DNA of 64,000 nt from Mustelus asterias (Eukaryota), in assembly GCF_964213995.1 (NCBI RefSeq), contig NW_027590293.1, forward strand, positions 248,001-312,000, given 5' to 3'. Positions 1 through 12,283 of the stretch are shown piece after piece (positions within the stretch are counted from its first letter, which is position 1; each line of letters opens with the position of its first letter). Both the position numbers and the translations under genes were made by a program. The notes under the pieces are model-generated. The model was not told the DNA's origin. It saw only the letters and a list, made by a program, of their open reading frames with translations, and did no database searches.

Positions 1-6
1 GTAAAT

Positions 7-828
7 TTAGTATAGTTTTGTCAGTGCAGACTCGATGGGCTGAAAGGCCTCTTCTGTACGGTATGACTCTGACTTGTGAACTCGCTGGTGTTTCTGCAGT
101 CGGGATGAATGTGTGAATCCCTTCCCACACACGGTGCAGGGGAATGGCCTCTCCCCAGTGTGAACTCGCTGGTGTGTCCGCAGGGCAGATGACGATCTGA
201 ATCTCTTTGTGCAGTGAGAGCAGCTGAAAGGTCTCTCCTCAGTGTGAATGCGCTGGTGGGACATCATTAGCTGAGAGCTTTTGAAATCCCTCCCACAGTC
301 AGAGCATTTAAAGGGTCTCTCTTGGGTGTGAGTGACATTGTGCCTCAGCAAGTAGGGCAACTGACTGAAGCCTTTCCCACACACAGAGCAAGTGAATGAC
401 CTCTCCCCAGTGTGAACGAACTGGTGTCTCCGCAGGCCTGATGCCACACTGAATCCTTTCCCACACACACAGCAAGTGAATGGCCTCTCCCCAGTGTGAA
501 CTCGCTGATGGCTCTGCAAATCAATTAACTGAGTGAATCCCTTCCCACACACAGAGCAGATGAAAGGTCTCTCCCCAGTGTGAAATCGATGGTGTCTCTG
601 CAGACTGGATAACCGAGTGAATCCTTTCCCACACACAGAGCAAGTAAATGGCCTCTCCCCAGTGTGAACTCGCTGGTGTCTCTGTAAATCAATTATCTGA
701 GTGTATCCCTTCCCACACACAGAGCAGGTGAATGGTCTCTCCCCAGAGTGACTGCGTCGATGAATTTCCAGCTGAGATGGGAAACTGAATCCTTTCCCAC
801 AGTCCCCACATTTCCACGGTTTCTCCAT
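7..828 (-). CDS. Tandem C2H2 zinc-finger protein, 9 fingers (finger exon)
   Basis: 273-aa ORF starting MEKPWKC with 9 CxxC-x12-HxxxH repeats and TGERPF linkers. The C-terminus reads into an antisense CR1 tail. Conserved acceptor ttttacag|GATATC at ~1186. Confidence 0.9.
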   Translation of the reverse strand: MEKPWKCGDCGKGFSFPSQLEIHRRSHSGERPFTCSVCGKGYTQIIDLQRHQRVHTGERPFTCSVCGKGFTRLSSLQRHHRFHTGERPFICSVCGKGFTQLIDLQSHQRVHTGERPFTCCVCGKGFSVASGLRRHQFVHTGERSFTCSVCGKGFSQLPYLLRHNVTHTQERPFKCSDCGRDFKSSQLMMSHQRIHTEERPFSCSHCTKRFRSSSALRTHQRVHTGERPFPCTVCGKGFTHSSRLQKHQRVHKSESYRTEEAFQPIESALTKLY

Positions 829-1659
829 GGTTCAGGTGTCCTTGTGACTCTCCAGGTTAAACAATTAGTTAAACTCAAACAGAACACGGGTACAGTCTCT
901 CCCCGCTGTGAATGCTGCGATGTATTTTCAGGCTGTGTAACTGATTAAAGCTCTTTCCACACTCAGTGCACTGGAACACTCTCACTCGGGTGTGTGTGTG
1001 TATTTCGGTGCTTTTCCAGTCACACTGAAATTTAAAATCTCCTGAAGCAGACAGAACAGAGAAACATTTCCATTCTGGATTCAAATGTCGATAATATTCA
1101 GGTCCCGACGAATTGAGGCCTCTGTCAGATGTTGATGTGACATTTGGTTTGAGATTTCTGTCTGTAAATCCTCACCTTCTGATATCCTGTAAAAGGAATT
1201 TACAAAAGTCATCACAGTCAGTACAGGATAGAAATTCAGAACAGACAGTTCTAGTTTCTATGGAACATTCTTTCCTCTCTCATTCCCCAAAAGATGCAAA
1301 TCTCCATCCCACACACTCTCCCTCCATTCTCACTCTGCTGTATCTAATATTCACCCTGCCAATTCTCCTGAAGGTGCTGATTGACAGATCCATGCTCACT
1401 GCTTCCTGTCCTGGATACAGAGAGCTGGAAATCTCCATGCAGCCGCCAGACAGATGTCTACAATACTGGATAAAAGTGTAATATACAGGACATTATTTGA
1501 ATCGTGATAGAGCAGGCATTTGAGGAAGATTTATACTTGGGGAGGGAGAGCACACGATCTGGAACTCGCTGCCTATAAGGATGGTGAAACAGAAGATGAA
1601 TGGGAAAGAAATCTCATGATATAGTGGGATCTGGAAAGCAGAATTTATTTCCCTTTCCA

Positions 1660-1755
1660 AAAGAGAAAATGCTGGAAAATCTCAGCAGGTCTGGCAGCAT
1701 CTGTGAGGAGAGAAAAGAGCTGACGTTGAGGCCAGATGACCGTTTGTCAAAGCTA
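1660..1755. mobile_element. Short dispersed repeat (aaaatgctggaaaatctcagcaggtctggcagcatctg), probably a Penelope-like terminal fragment
   Basis: The same motif recurs at ~2612, 11840, 20262-20445, 25740 and 33830-34010. The family assignment is from recall only. Confidence 0.5.
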
Positions 1756-1904
1756 TTTCCCTTTCTTTCCTTCTCTGCCACCGCTCTGCCTCGTCAATAA
1801 GACATTGGGACTCAGAGGGTTGATGCAGTTTGATGGACAAGTTGTCTCCATTCTGAACACTGGGGAACAAGCCCCTCCCACTCATTGACAATATTACCCC
1901 GTAA

Positions 1905-2320
1905 AACGATGCCGGCCTGCGCATGCGCCTTGTTGCATATTGCCCCCAATAAAGATGGCGGCCATGAACACGGCCCGACCATGAGGAGCTGCGGTACCGC
2001 TCGGTACAAACTGGGTCCGTGAAGCTCTTTACCGAGGTTCGTGGCTGACACAAGCTGCTTACGCAGCGTTTCCATCCACCCGCGAGATCCCTCGCCCCCT
2101 CCGTACCGTCAATCACCGCTAATCTATCTCCGAGCCGAAAAAACAGCCCGTCTCCGTCGCCATTACCCACAATGCGCATGCTCCAGTCAGAGCGGGCTCC
2201 GCCCCTCATTCACTGTGATTGGTTGGAGGTCCGAGCGGGAAAGGCTGGTCCTCCAGCCCCTTCTCTTCCCATTGGTCCGGGCTACCGTCAATCAGCCGGG
2301 TATTGTGACGGTGGCTTGCT
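1905..2320. promoter_or_regulatory. CpG-rich ZNF promoter module
   Basis: TGCGCATGCGC (NRF1-type) ~1918, AAGATGGCGGCC (YY1-type) ~1952, GC box CTCCGCCCC and reverse CCAAT (ATTGG). Homologous to 10321-10500, 18700-18810 and 41700-41820. Confidence 0.65.
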
Positions 2321-2345
2321 GTTTGTCCAATAATAACAGTGACAG

Positions 2346-2610
2346 AGTCTCAGTGTAACAATGACCCACACAGGCTCCAATACAATCAGAGTGGGGATGG
2401 AGCACAGAGACAACACAGCAAAGCACTGACTTACTCTGAGTGTAACAATGACACACACAGGCTCCAATACAATCAATCAGAGTGGGGATGGAGCACAGAG
2501 ACAACACAGCAAAGCACTGACTTACTCTCAGTGTAACAATGACACACACAGGCTCCAATACAATCAGAGTGGGGATGGAGCACAGAGACAACACAGCAAA
2601 GCACTGACTT
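2346..2610. repeat. ~87-bp tandem repeat x3
   Basis: Unit agtgtaacaatgacacacacaggctccaatacaatcagagtggggatggagcacagagacaacacagcaaagcactgacttactct, at offsets of 87 and 91 nt. Confidence 0.9.
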
Positions 2611-2667
2611 CAAAACAGAAAATGCTGCAAAACCTCAGCAAGTCTGACAGCAACTGTGGAGAGAGAT

Positions 2668-3128
2668 TCCATGATGTGGAGATGCCGGCGTTCGACTGGG
2701 TCCAACAGGTTTATTTGGTAGCACAAGCCACACAAGCTTTCGGAGCGCTGCCCCTTCGTCAGATGAGTGGGAGTTCTGTTCACAAACAGGGCATATAAAG
2801 ACACAAACTCAATTTACAGAATAATGGTTGGAATGCAAGTCTTTACAGGTAATCAAGTCTTAAAGGTACAGACAATGTAAGTGGAGGGAGCATTAAGCAC
2901 AGGTTAAAGAGATGTGTATTGTCTCCAGCCAGGACAGTAAGGGAGATTTTGCAAGTCCAGGCAAGTTGTGGGGGTTACAGATAGTGTGACATGAACCCAA
3001 GATCCCAGTTGAGGCCGTCCTCATGTGTGCGGAACTTGGCTATCAGTCTCTGCTCAGCGACTCTGCGTTGTTGTGTCGTGAAGGCCGCCTTGGAGAATGC
3101 TTACCCGAAGATCAGAGGCCGAATGCCT
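2668..3128 (-). mobile_element. Penelope-like element 3' fragment (GIY-YIG C-terminus plus terminal repeat)
   Basis: The minus strand encodes a degraded ...AKFRTHEDGLNWDLGFMSHY, homologous to the 40988-41069 ORF end. The terminal block contains a CTGACGA...GAAA hammerhead core. Confidence 0.75.
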
Positions 3129-4379
3129 GTTTTACACAGCACATGGTCATTCTGAATGGAGAATCTCTGAGTTGTACAATTCACCTCATTCAGGAGCCAG
3201 ATTGTCTGCTCAGAAAGAGGAAGGTTTCTATGACACCAATGAAAAGCAACACACACACTCACAGACACCCTCACACACAGAGTCTCACACCCTGCAAATT
3301 ATCTCCTGTCACTTTTAGTCGTTTTGAAATAAATCCTGAATGAACTATAAAATCATTCATAAGTACTTGTTGAGATTCCCCTGAAAGACATCTATACTGT
3401 TCATTTCACTCCCTGTAGTTGTGATTTCCATATTCTCGCCACTCTTTGTGTAGAGAAATTTATCCTGGATTTCCGATTGGATTTCTTAGTGACTGTTTTA
3501 TATTGATTGTCTCCAGTTTCCCAGTAACTTCACTGCAGTGTTAATCTAAGCCTACTTGTGATTAATAAATAAACTTTACTTTTTGCTCTTCCCCACAAGA
3601 GGAAACACTATTTCTGTATCGAAGCATTTTATAAATTTGAGGACCTCTGCTCAGGTTACCCCTCAGCCTTCATTTCTCAAGAAAGAAGAACTAGCCTGTC
3701 AATCCTTTCCTGATAAAAAAACACACATTTTGAAATTCATTTCTGGGATGTGGGCATTGCTGGCTTGGCCAGCATTTATGGCTAATCCCTGATTGCCCTT
3801 GAGAAGGTGGTGGTGAGCTGCCTTCTACATTAAAATCTCATCATTAAAATCTTCTCTGCACCCTCTCCAGTGCCTGGATATTTTTTTAATAATACGGTGA
3901 CTAGAATGGTATGCAGTGGTCAGTAAGATTCTTGATCAGAGAGTCACAGATTTTCCAAAAGTGGTTTGAGTTTATCCATGGTTTTAAATTAGATTCTTAG
4001 GAAGCAACAATTTAAAAATGATGTATAATAAACAAGGGAAAAAAAACAAGACCCATGGCAGGTGAGTAACCGAGGCCCCAGCACTGATCCTGCGTTACCC
4101 AAATAGTCACTGCCTGCCAGTTGGAAAAAGACCCGTTTAATCCTACTCTTTGTTTCTTGTCTGCCAATCAGTTTTCTACCCATCTCAGTACAACAGCCCC
4201 AATCCCATGTGCTTTACTTTTTGTGAAGAAGTTGCCGAGTTGGCGGACGAGGGGAATCGGGTTCACGTTATCGATCTCAGGGCATAATCATCAACAACTT
4301 GTATTTACACAGAGTGTTGTGGGGCTGGAGGAGGTTACTGAGATACCGAGGAACTTTGTTTTATTCATTTTTACGGAAT

Positions 4380-4712
4380 GTAGACGTCACTGGCTGGGCC
4401 AGCATTTCTTGCCCATCTCTAACTGCCCTCCATTTCAGAGGGCATTTGAGAGTCAACCACATTGCTGTGGGTCTGGAGTCACATGTAGGTCTGACCAAGT
4501 AAGGACGGCAGGTTTCCTTTTCTAAAGGACGTTACTGAATCAAATGGGTTTTTACGACAATTGATTAAAGGTTGAGGTTTGTCATTAGACTTTTAATTGA
4601 AGATTTTAATTGAATACAAATTTCACCATTGCCTGTGGTGGGATTTGAACCTGGGTCCCCAGAGCCTTACCCTGAGTCCAGTGATAATTCCACTGTGCCG
4701 CTGCCTCCCCTA
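4380..4712 (-). mobile_element. SINE/LINE-tail repeat (SacSINE1-like)
   Basis: The cagcatttattgcccatccctaattgccct / gagagtcaaccacattgctgtgg motifs recur at ~3745, 13680-13950, 14360-14670, 36540-36670 and 49550-49720. Confidence 0.55.
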
Positions 4713-4772
4713 TTCATCCAATTGTTATTGTTTATCTCAGGGCGCAGAAACAACAGAATCCAACTTTGCCGG

Positions 4773-6044
4773 TCACACATGAAGTCGTCTATGTTTCAGC
4801 AGGCTGTAATACTGATTAAATCCCTTCCCACACATGGAGCAGTTGAAAGGTTTTGCCCCAGTGTGAACTCGCTGGTGTCTCTGCAGGCGGGATGGATCAG
4901 TGAATCCCTTCCCACACAGGGAGCAGGTGAACGGTTCTGTCGCAGTGTGAGCCCGCTGGTGTTTCAGCATATAGGATGAATCAGTGAATCCCTTCCCACA
5001 CACAGAGCAGGTGAACGGCTTCTCCCCGGTGTGAATGCGTTGGTGTCTCAGCAGGCCAGATGACTGAGCGAATCCCTTTCCACACACAGAGCACAGGAAC
5101 GGCCTCTCCCCGGTGTGAATGCGTTTGTGTTTCAGCAGATCATCACTTCTTTTAAAGGTCTTATTGCATTCTGAGCATTGAAAAGGTCTCTTATCAGAGT
5201 GAATGTGTTGGTGTTGATTGCAGGAGGAAAACTGAGCAAATCTTTTGCCACAAATGGAGCAGGAGAACGGCTTCTCCCCTGTGTGAATGCGGCGGTGTCT
5301 CCGGAGGCTGGATGACTCCGTGAAAGCCTTCCCACACACGGAGCAGCTGAATGCCTTCTCCCCGGTGTGAATAGGCCGGTGACTTAGCAGATGCTGCAAA
5401 CAAGTAAATGCTTTCCCACAAACAGGGCAAACGTATGGTCTCTCCCCAGTGTGAGTGCCCTGGTGTCTCAGCAGACTAATCCTTCTTTTGAAGGTCTTCT
5501 CACATTTAAAGCATTTAAAATGTCTCTTCTGAAAATGAATCTGTTGGTGAACGGTGCAGTGGGAGGACTGAGTGAATCTCTTCCCACACTGGGAGCAGCT
5601 GAATGGCCTGTCCTTGGTGTGAACTTGTTGGTGCTCAGTGAGATGCACTGAGTCGCTGAATGACTCTCCACAGTGAGAGCAGCTGAACGGTCTCTCGTGT
5701 GTGTGAAGGAGCTGGTGCTCTGCAAGGCGGGAGGACTGGCTGAACCTCTTCCCGCAGTGGGAGCAGCTGAACGGTCTCTCGTCAGTGTGAAGGAGCTGGT
5801 GTTGGGCCTGTTCCTCAGAGGTTTCAATGCTTTGCCCAGAGTCAGAGCTTTGAAGAGGCTTCTGAATAATGTGATCGAGTTGGTGAGCCAGCAGGTTGGA
5901 CGAACACATGAATTTCTTCCCACACACGGAGCAGGTGAATGAACTCTCACTATTGCGAGCTCGCTGTCGTGTCAGCATGTTTTCCAGCTGTATCAATCCC
6001 TCCCCACAGGAGGAGCAAGGAAACAGATTCTCACCAGTTTCCAA
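4773..6044 (-). CDS. C2H2 zinc-finger protein, 13 intact plus 2 degenerate fingers
   Basis: 423-aa ORF with the most divergent finger set in the window. Acceptor tttgcag|GAAAT at ~6161. The true start is uncertain because the ORF begins at a TTG. Confidence 0.9.
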   Translation of the reverse strand: METGENLFPCSSCGEGLIQLENMLTRQRARNSESSFTCSVCGKKFMCSSNLLAHQLDHIIQKPLQSSDSGQSIETSEEQAQHQLLHTDERPFSCSHCGKRFSQSSRLAEHQLLHTHERPFSCSHCGESFSDSVHLTEHQQVHTKDRPFSCSQCGKRFTQSSHCTVHQQIHFQKRHFKCFKCEKTFKRRISLLRHQGTHTGERPYVCPVCGKAFTCLQHLLSHRPIHTGEKAFSCSVCGKAFTESSSLRRHRRIHTGEKPFSCSICGKRFAQFSSCNQHQHIHSDKRPFQCSECNKTFKRSDDLLKHKRIHTGERPFLCSVCGKGFAQSSGLLRHQRIHTGEKPFTCSVCGKGFTDSSYMLKHQRAHTATEPFTCSLCGKGFTDPSRLQRHQRVHTGAKPFNCSMCGKGFNQYYSLLKHRRLHV

Positions 6045-6191
6045 CTGAGATGGTCAATTAAATCCCTTCAGATGCACAAATCTTCAGATCCCAATGAATT
6101 GATTGACTCTGTCTGACGTGAGATTTGTTTGTCCAGACTGCAAATCCTCCTCTTCTATTTCCTGCAAAATAAGTTTACAAAGAATTACGTG

Positions 6192-6622
6192 GCTGGCACG
6201 GTGGCACAGTGGTTAGTCCTCCTGCCTCACAGCACCAGGGACCTGGGTTCAATTCCGGCCGTGGTTACCTGTCTGTGTAGAGTTTACACAGTAAGGAGTT
6301 TAACAACACCAGGTTAAAGTCCAACAGGTTTATTTGGTAGCAAACGCCACTTGCTTTCGGAGTGCTGCTGTGTGGAGTTTGCATATTCTCCACTTGTTTG
6401 CGTGGGTTTCCTCCAGGTGCTCCGGTTTTCTCCCACAGTCCAAAGATATTCAGGTTAGGTGGACTGGCCATGCTAAATTATCCATTTTCCCCCCAGGGTG
6501 TGTAGGTTAGGGAGATTAGTGGGGTAAATAAGTTGGGTTATGTTGTTGGGGCCTTGGTGGGATGCTCTGTCAGAGAGTTGACTTGATGGGCCAAATAGCC
6601 TCCTTCCGAGCTGTGGAATTCT
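6192..6622 (+). mobile_element. HE1/V-SINE-like tRNA-derived SINE with a nested Penelope fragment (~6288-6368)
   Basis: Head ggcacggtggcacagtggttag...gggttcaattcc (A/B boxes) and central gtggagtttgcacattctcc...gggtttcctcc domain. Confidence 0.8.
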
Positions 6623-6629
6623 ATGAATA

Positions 6630-6815
6630 TATCTATCCTGAACTGACAGTGATGACTTTTGTAAATTCCCTTTGCAGGATATTGGAAAGGAGGATTTACA
6701 GCAAGAAAACACAAACCAAACATTACGTTGAGATCTGACAGTCACTCGGATCATTCGGAGCTGATTGTTATTGTCTTTGAACAGGGAAGGAGAATTGTTT
6801 GTTCTGTCTGTGACA
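6630..6815 (+). pseudogene. Orphan ZNF acceptor/leader remnant with no fingers
   Basis: ctttgcag|GATATTGGAAAGGAGGATTTACAG...AAACCAAAC matches the leader of the other ZNF exons. No finger array follows. Confidence 0.6.
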
Positions 6816-7594
6816 ATACACAAACGGTTTATCGAGTCTGTACTGGAGTTTATCCTCCACATGAGTCTCCTCTCATTCTGATCACCACATCTCAGCTTTT
6901 CACTTGATTTTTCCAATCCCTTTTCTCTCATAGGCTCATATATTTTCCTTTTGAAAGCATCTAAAGTATTTGAGTCAACCACTTCCAGTCGCAGTGAGTT
7001 CCAAATTCTAACAACTGTCTGAAGAAAGAAACATCTCCTATTTTCCTGTTTGATTTATTTGTTGTCTGTTCATGGTTCCCAGTAATGGAAGAACCAACAA
7101 GTGGAAACATTCCATTCACATCTACCTACTTATCCCATTCAGAAAGCCCATATCAGAAGAGACAACATTTTCTCTTGGTTTGAGCTTGTTGTGTGTAAAT
7201 CCTCCCTTTCTAACCCCCTGTCACAAAAAAGTGTTCAAAATCCATCACGATAGAAAATACAGGTACAAGTAATTCAGAAAGCTATCATTTGTTATGAGGG
7301 GAATGGAGTAAAAGCTGGGAAGTTATGTTTCAGTTGCACACGGTGAGTCTGTATCTGGAGCAACGTCTACATTATCGATTTCCTTATTTAAGAAAAAATA
7401 TAAGTGCATTAGAAGAAGTTCATAGAAGGTTTAGTCGACTAACACCTGGAATAGGTGGATTGTCTGATGAGGAGCAGTGAGACAGTCTCTGCTCGAGTTT
7501 AGCTTCTGCTCGAGTTTAAAAGAGTAAGAGGCAACTTAATTTAAACCTTTCACATCCTGAAAAGTCTTGGATGTGGAGAGGAGTTATAGAGGTT

Positions 7595-9020
7595 TATAGC
7601 ATGGAAACAGGCCCTTCAGCCCAACTTGTCCATGCCGCCCCTTTTTTTAACCCCGAAGCTAGTCCCAATTGCCCGCATTTGGCCCATATCCCTCTATACC
7701 CATCATACCCATGTAACTGTCTAAACGCTTTTCAAAAGACAAAATTGTACCTGCCTCTCCTACTACCTCTGGCAGTTTGTTCAAGACACTCACCACCCTC
7801 TGTATGAAAATATTGCCCCTCTCGACTCTTTTTATCTCTCCCCTTAAACCTATGACCTCTAGTTTTAGACTCCCCTACCTCTGGTAAAAGATATTGACTA
7901 TCTAGCTGATCTATGTCCCTCATTATTTTATAGACCGCTATAAGTTCACCCCTCAGCCTCCTGCGCTCCAGAAAAAAAAGTCCCAGTCTATCCAGTCTCG
8001 CCTTATAACCATCAAGTCCTGTTCGCATCCTAGTAAATCTTTTCTGCACTCTTTCTCATTTAATAACATCCTTTCTATAATAGGGTGACCAGAACTGCAC
8101 ACAGTATTCCAAGTATGGCCTTACCAATGTCTTGTACAACTTCAACAAGACGTCCCAACTCCTGGATTCAATGTTCTGACCAATGAAACCAAGCATGCCG
8201 AATGCCTTCTTCACCACTCTGTCCACCTGTGACTCCACTTTCAAGGAGCTATGAATCTGTTACCCTAGATCTCTTTGTTCTATAACTCCCCCCAATGCCC
8301 TACTATTAACTGAGTAAGTCCTGCCCTGGTTTGATCTACCAAAATGCATCACTTCGCATTTATCTAAATTAAACTCCATCTGGCATTCGTCAGCCCAATT
8401 GATCAAGATTCCGTTGCAATCAGAGATAATCTTCTTCACTGTCCACTATACCACAATCCTGGTGTCTGCAAACTTACTAACCATGCCTCCTAAATTCTCA
8501 TCCACATCATTAATATAAATGATAAATAACAGTGGACGCAGCACCAATCCCTGAGGCACACCGCTGGTCACAGGCCTCCAGTTTGAAAAACAATCCTCTA
8601 CAACCATCCTCTGTCTTCTGTCATGAAGGGGCAGTGTTCTGAAAGCTTGTGGCTTGTGCTACCAAATAAACCTGTTGGACTTTAACCTGGTGTTGTGAGA
8701 CTTGTTCTGTCATCAAGCCAATTTTGTACCTATTTGGCTACCTCACCCTGGATCCCGAGAGATTTAACCTTATGCAACAACTTACCATGTGGTATCTTGT
8801 CAAAGGCCTTGCTAAAGGTCATGTAGAGAACATCAACTGCACTGCCCTCATCTACCTTCTTGGTTACTCCTTCAAAAAACTCAATCAAATTTGAGAGATA
8901 TGATTTTCCACTCCAAAGCCATACTGTCTCTAAATGTCACTCACATGACTATCTCTAATCAGTCCTTGTGTCTCTAAATGCCTGTAGATCCTGTCTCTCA
9001 AAATACCTTCTAAAAACTTG
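7595..9020 (-). mobile_element. CR1 LINE 3' portion (degraded RT), with a Penelope insert at ~8625-8705
   Basis: ORF fragments KLYKTLVRPYLEYCVQFWSP and RRRLRGELIAVYKIM. ttctgtcat is duplicated around the insert. Confidence 0.85.
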
Positions 9021-9349
9021 TTAGAACTGTTGTTTACTCTTATGGGAGAATCTTGCGGTCACTATTTAAAAAACAGTGCTGCCCATAGAGACAGAGATGA
9101 GATGTTTTTCTCTCAGTGGGTCATGAATCTTTGGATCTCCGTTCCTCAAAAGTGGAAGTAGAGCCTGATTTCAATTAGATATATCTCTTGGGGCTAAAGG
9201 GATATTATGGGGTGGGGGGTGGGATTAGGGTATTGAATTTGAGGATCAGCCATGACTATAATGAATGGCAGGGAATGCTCAAAGAGCTGAATGGTCTACT
9301 TCCGCTTCTATGTAAACATGAGGAGCCTGGGGCTGAACTGTAACGAAAA

Positions 9350-9756
9350 GGCGATAAGACATAGGAGCAGAATTGGGCCACTCGGCCCATTGAATCTGCT
9401 CCACCATTCAATCATGGCTGATATTTTTCTGATCCCCATTCTCCTACCTTTTCCCCATAACCCCTGATCTGCTTATTAATCAACAACCTATCTATCTCTA
9501 TCTTAAAGACACTCAATGACCTGGCCTCCACAGCCTTCTGCGGCAAAGAGTTCCACAGATTCACCACTCTCTGGCTGAAGAAATTCCTCCTCATCTCTGT
9601 TTTAAAGGATCGTCCCTTTAGTCTGAGGTTGTGCCTCTGGTTCTAGTTTTTCCTACTCGTGGAAACATCCTCTCCACGTCCACTCTGTCCAGGCCTCGCC
9701 GTATCCTGTAAGTTTCAATAAATTCCTCCTCAACCTTCTAAACTCCAACGAGTACA
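9350..9756 (-). mobile_element. CR1 LINE 3' fragment
   Basis: RRNFFSQRVVNLWNSLPQKAVEA followed by a CR1-type 3' UTR. Confidence 0.85.
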
Positions 9757-9949
9757 AAAGCCTTGTAACCGCTTCATGTAAGTACTCTGGGATGCAACCT
9801 CTCACACTGAATATGTACATGACCCATAAACTTCTCTCGGCTGCAAACGTGAGGTGCAGCCTGGGAGTGGGTGAAGCTGTTTGAAAATCTATTGTTCATT
9901 GTTGGTATGCATTAGGACCCGATGGGTGCATTAGGACCCGGTGGGAGCA

Positions 9950-10530
9950 GAAACACAAAGACCCGCCCACTCACGGTTGCGTCACCAAGACACCAACGCG
10001 TGCGCTCTGCTCCCCGCTGAATCAAGATGGCGGCCGTTAACCTGAGCTTCGTCTCGGGAAAAAGACCTGAAGCTGCAAACACGGGACCTGCGGGCTCATG
10101 TTCGAGGTTTGAGGCCTTCACCAGATATTTACAAACCCTCTACGTCCATCCGCCGCTTCCATTACTCCCTCTATGTTTCTGCATCCTTACCGGCTGCTGA
10201 TGAGACACAGGAACTTCTCTCCAGTTGCTGTCACCCACAAGGCGAACGCCGTTGCTTACTGCGCATGTGCATCTCTCCCATGCAAAGAATAGGGAACTCT
10301 TCCTATTGGTCCGGGCCCTCATTCAGTGCGATTGGTTGGAGGACCAGCCGCTCCCGCTCGGTCCTCCAGTCCCGCCCCTCATTCACTCCGATTGGTTGGG
10401 TGACCAGCCCCGCCCCCTCTTCCTATTGGTCCGGAGCTGCCGTCAATCAATCCCCGGGCATTGTGATGTGGAGCATGCGCTGTGTCATTGCTGGCCTTGG
10501 CGCTTGTTTGTCCCGGAGAAGCGGAGTCCA
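9950..10530. promoter_or_regulatory. CpG-rich ZNF promoter module
   Basis: CAAGATGGCGGCC at ~10023, GCGCATG, four ATTGG boxes and CCCGCCCC boxes. 10380-10770 is an inverted copy of 18580-18810, interrupted by a CR1-tail insert at ~10530-10688. Confidence 0.65.
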
Positions 10531-11312
10531 TAAGACCATAAGACATAGGAGCTGAAGTAAGGCCATTCGGCCCATCGAGTCCACTCCACCATTCAATCAT
10601 GGTTGATTTCAACTCCATTTACCCGCTCTCTCCCCATAGCCCTTAATTCCTCGAGAATTCAAGAATTTATCAATCTCTGTCTTGAAGACGCGTTAGGCGG
10701 TGGCTGGGAGGATTTGGAAACACTTTGTGGATCCGCAAACCCTTCAGAATCATTGTCAGCTCCCTGGTTTGCAGCTGCGGGGCTTCTCCCTCCCTCCCGG
10801 GAACAGGCCCAGGTTAACGGCCCCATCCTGGCTCAGCCACTGGAGGATGGTTCACATCAGAGGATGGGGGAGGGGGACAATAAGAAATCTTAGAAACCCT
10901 ACAGCACAGAAAGAGGCCATTCAGCCCATCGAGTCTGCACCGACGACAATCCCACCCAGGCCCTACCCCCATATCCCTACATGTTTACCCACTAATCCCT
11001 CTAACCTACGCATCCCAGGACACTAAGGGGCAATTTTAGCATGGCCAATCAACCTAACCCGCACATCTTTGGACTGTGGGAGGAAACCGGAGCACCCGGA
11101 GGAAACCCACACAGACACGAGGAGAATGTGCAAAATAAATAAGAGGTTACACTTTGGCCTCAAATCAATGAGGACTCTGATCTCTGGGAAGGAAGGAAAC
11201 CCTGGGAGGTGGGCGGGGAGGATTCACAAACACCCGCTGGAGGCCCTAACACCCCCAATAAGAGCCATTGGTTTTATTGTCAGTCTGCAGACAGGAGCTG
11301 GAGAACTGAATC

Positions 11313-11645
11313 CATGATGTGGAGATGCCGGCGTTGACTGGGGTAAAGACAGTAAGAGGTTTAACAACACCAGGTTAAAGTCCAACAGGTTTATTTGGTC
11401 GCAAATGCCACTAGCTTTTGGAGCGCTGCCCCTTCGTCAGGTGGAGTGGAGAAATGCTCACAAACAGGGCATACAGAGACACAAACTCAATTTACAGAAT
11501 AATGATTGGAATGCAGTCTTTACAGATAATCAAGTCTTAAAGGTACAAACAATGTGAATGGAGGGAGCATTAAGCACAGGCTAAAGAGATGTGTATTGTC
11601 TCCAGACAGGACAGCCAGTGAGATTCTGCAAGTCCAGACAAGCTG
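11313..11645 (-). mobile_element. Penelope-like terminal fragment
   Basis: aacaacaccaggttaaagtccaacaggtttatttgg block. Near-identical to the reverse complement of 41080-41369. Confidence 0.75.
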
Positions 11646-11679
11646 TTCGGGTCAATGCGCCTAACCAGCACGTCTTTCA

Positions 11680-11832
11680 GAATGTGGGAGGAAACCGGAG
11701 CACCCGGAGGAAACCCACGCAGACATGGGGAGAATGTGCAAACTCCACACAGACAGTGACCCAAGCCGGGAATCAAATCTGGGTCCCTGGCGCTGTGAAG
11801 CAGCAGTGCTAACCACTGTGCTACCGTGCCTC
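11680..11832 (-). mobile_element. HE1-like SINE head
   Basis: The reverse complement reads ggcacggtagcacagtggttagcactgctgcttcacagcgccaggg. Another partial SINE lies at ~10885-11132. Confidence 0.8.
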
Positions 11833-12283
11833 CCAAAACATTAAATCTGTTTCTCTCGCCAGAGGTGCTGTCAGACTCGCTGTGTTTTTACAGCACTTCC
11901 TGTTTGTATTTATGAGTTCAAGAGTCAGGCCAGAAAGAAATTTAAAGACAGTTTGGCCCGGTGGGCGAATGGAAGAGAGGGAAGGAGCAGAGGCAGCTGA
12001 TCAGATTGTCTCAATCTTGGTGACAAAGAAGCTCCATCAGCTCCTCACACTTGTTGGAGGTGAGGATGGAGGAGACGGGAGAGGGGGAAGCCCTTCAAAT
12101 GGAACTAACATGTTTGAGGTATTAAAAGCATTCATCACACTGTGTTGAACATAAAGCTTGTGTATTTGAGTTCCACCCAAAATATAAACCTTCCAACTGG
12201 GCTAGGATTTATCAGCAGAAACAGGCACCAATGAAAATAGTCAGGACCTTGATGTGATTAAGAACAAACTCCAGTCCTTGCAG

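Noticed and set aside
875-1084. Separate small ZNF genes from upstream single-finger ORFs (also 51018-51251)
   Set aside because: These are decayed fingers within the leader of the main finger exon, broken by stops or frameshifts.
6192-6260. tRNA genes at SINE heads (also 25878, 27200, 37000, 49500)
   Set aside because: The A/B boxes continue into the SINE central domain and there is no complete cloverleaf.
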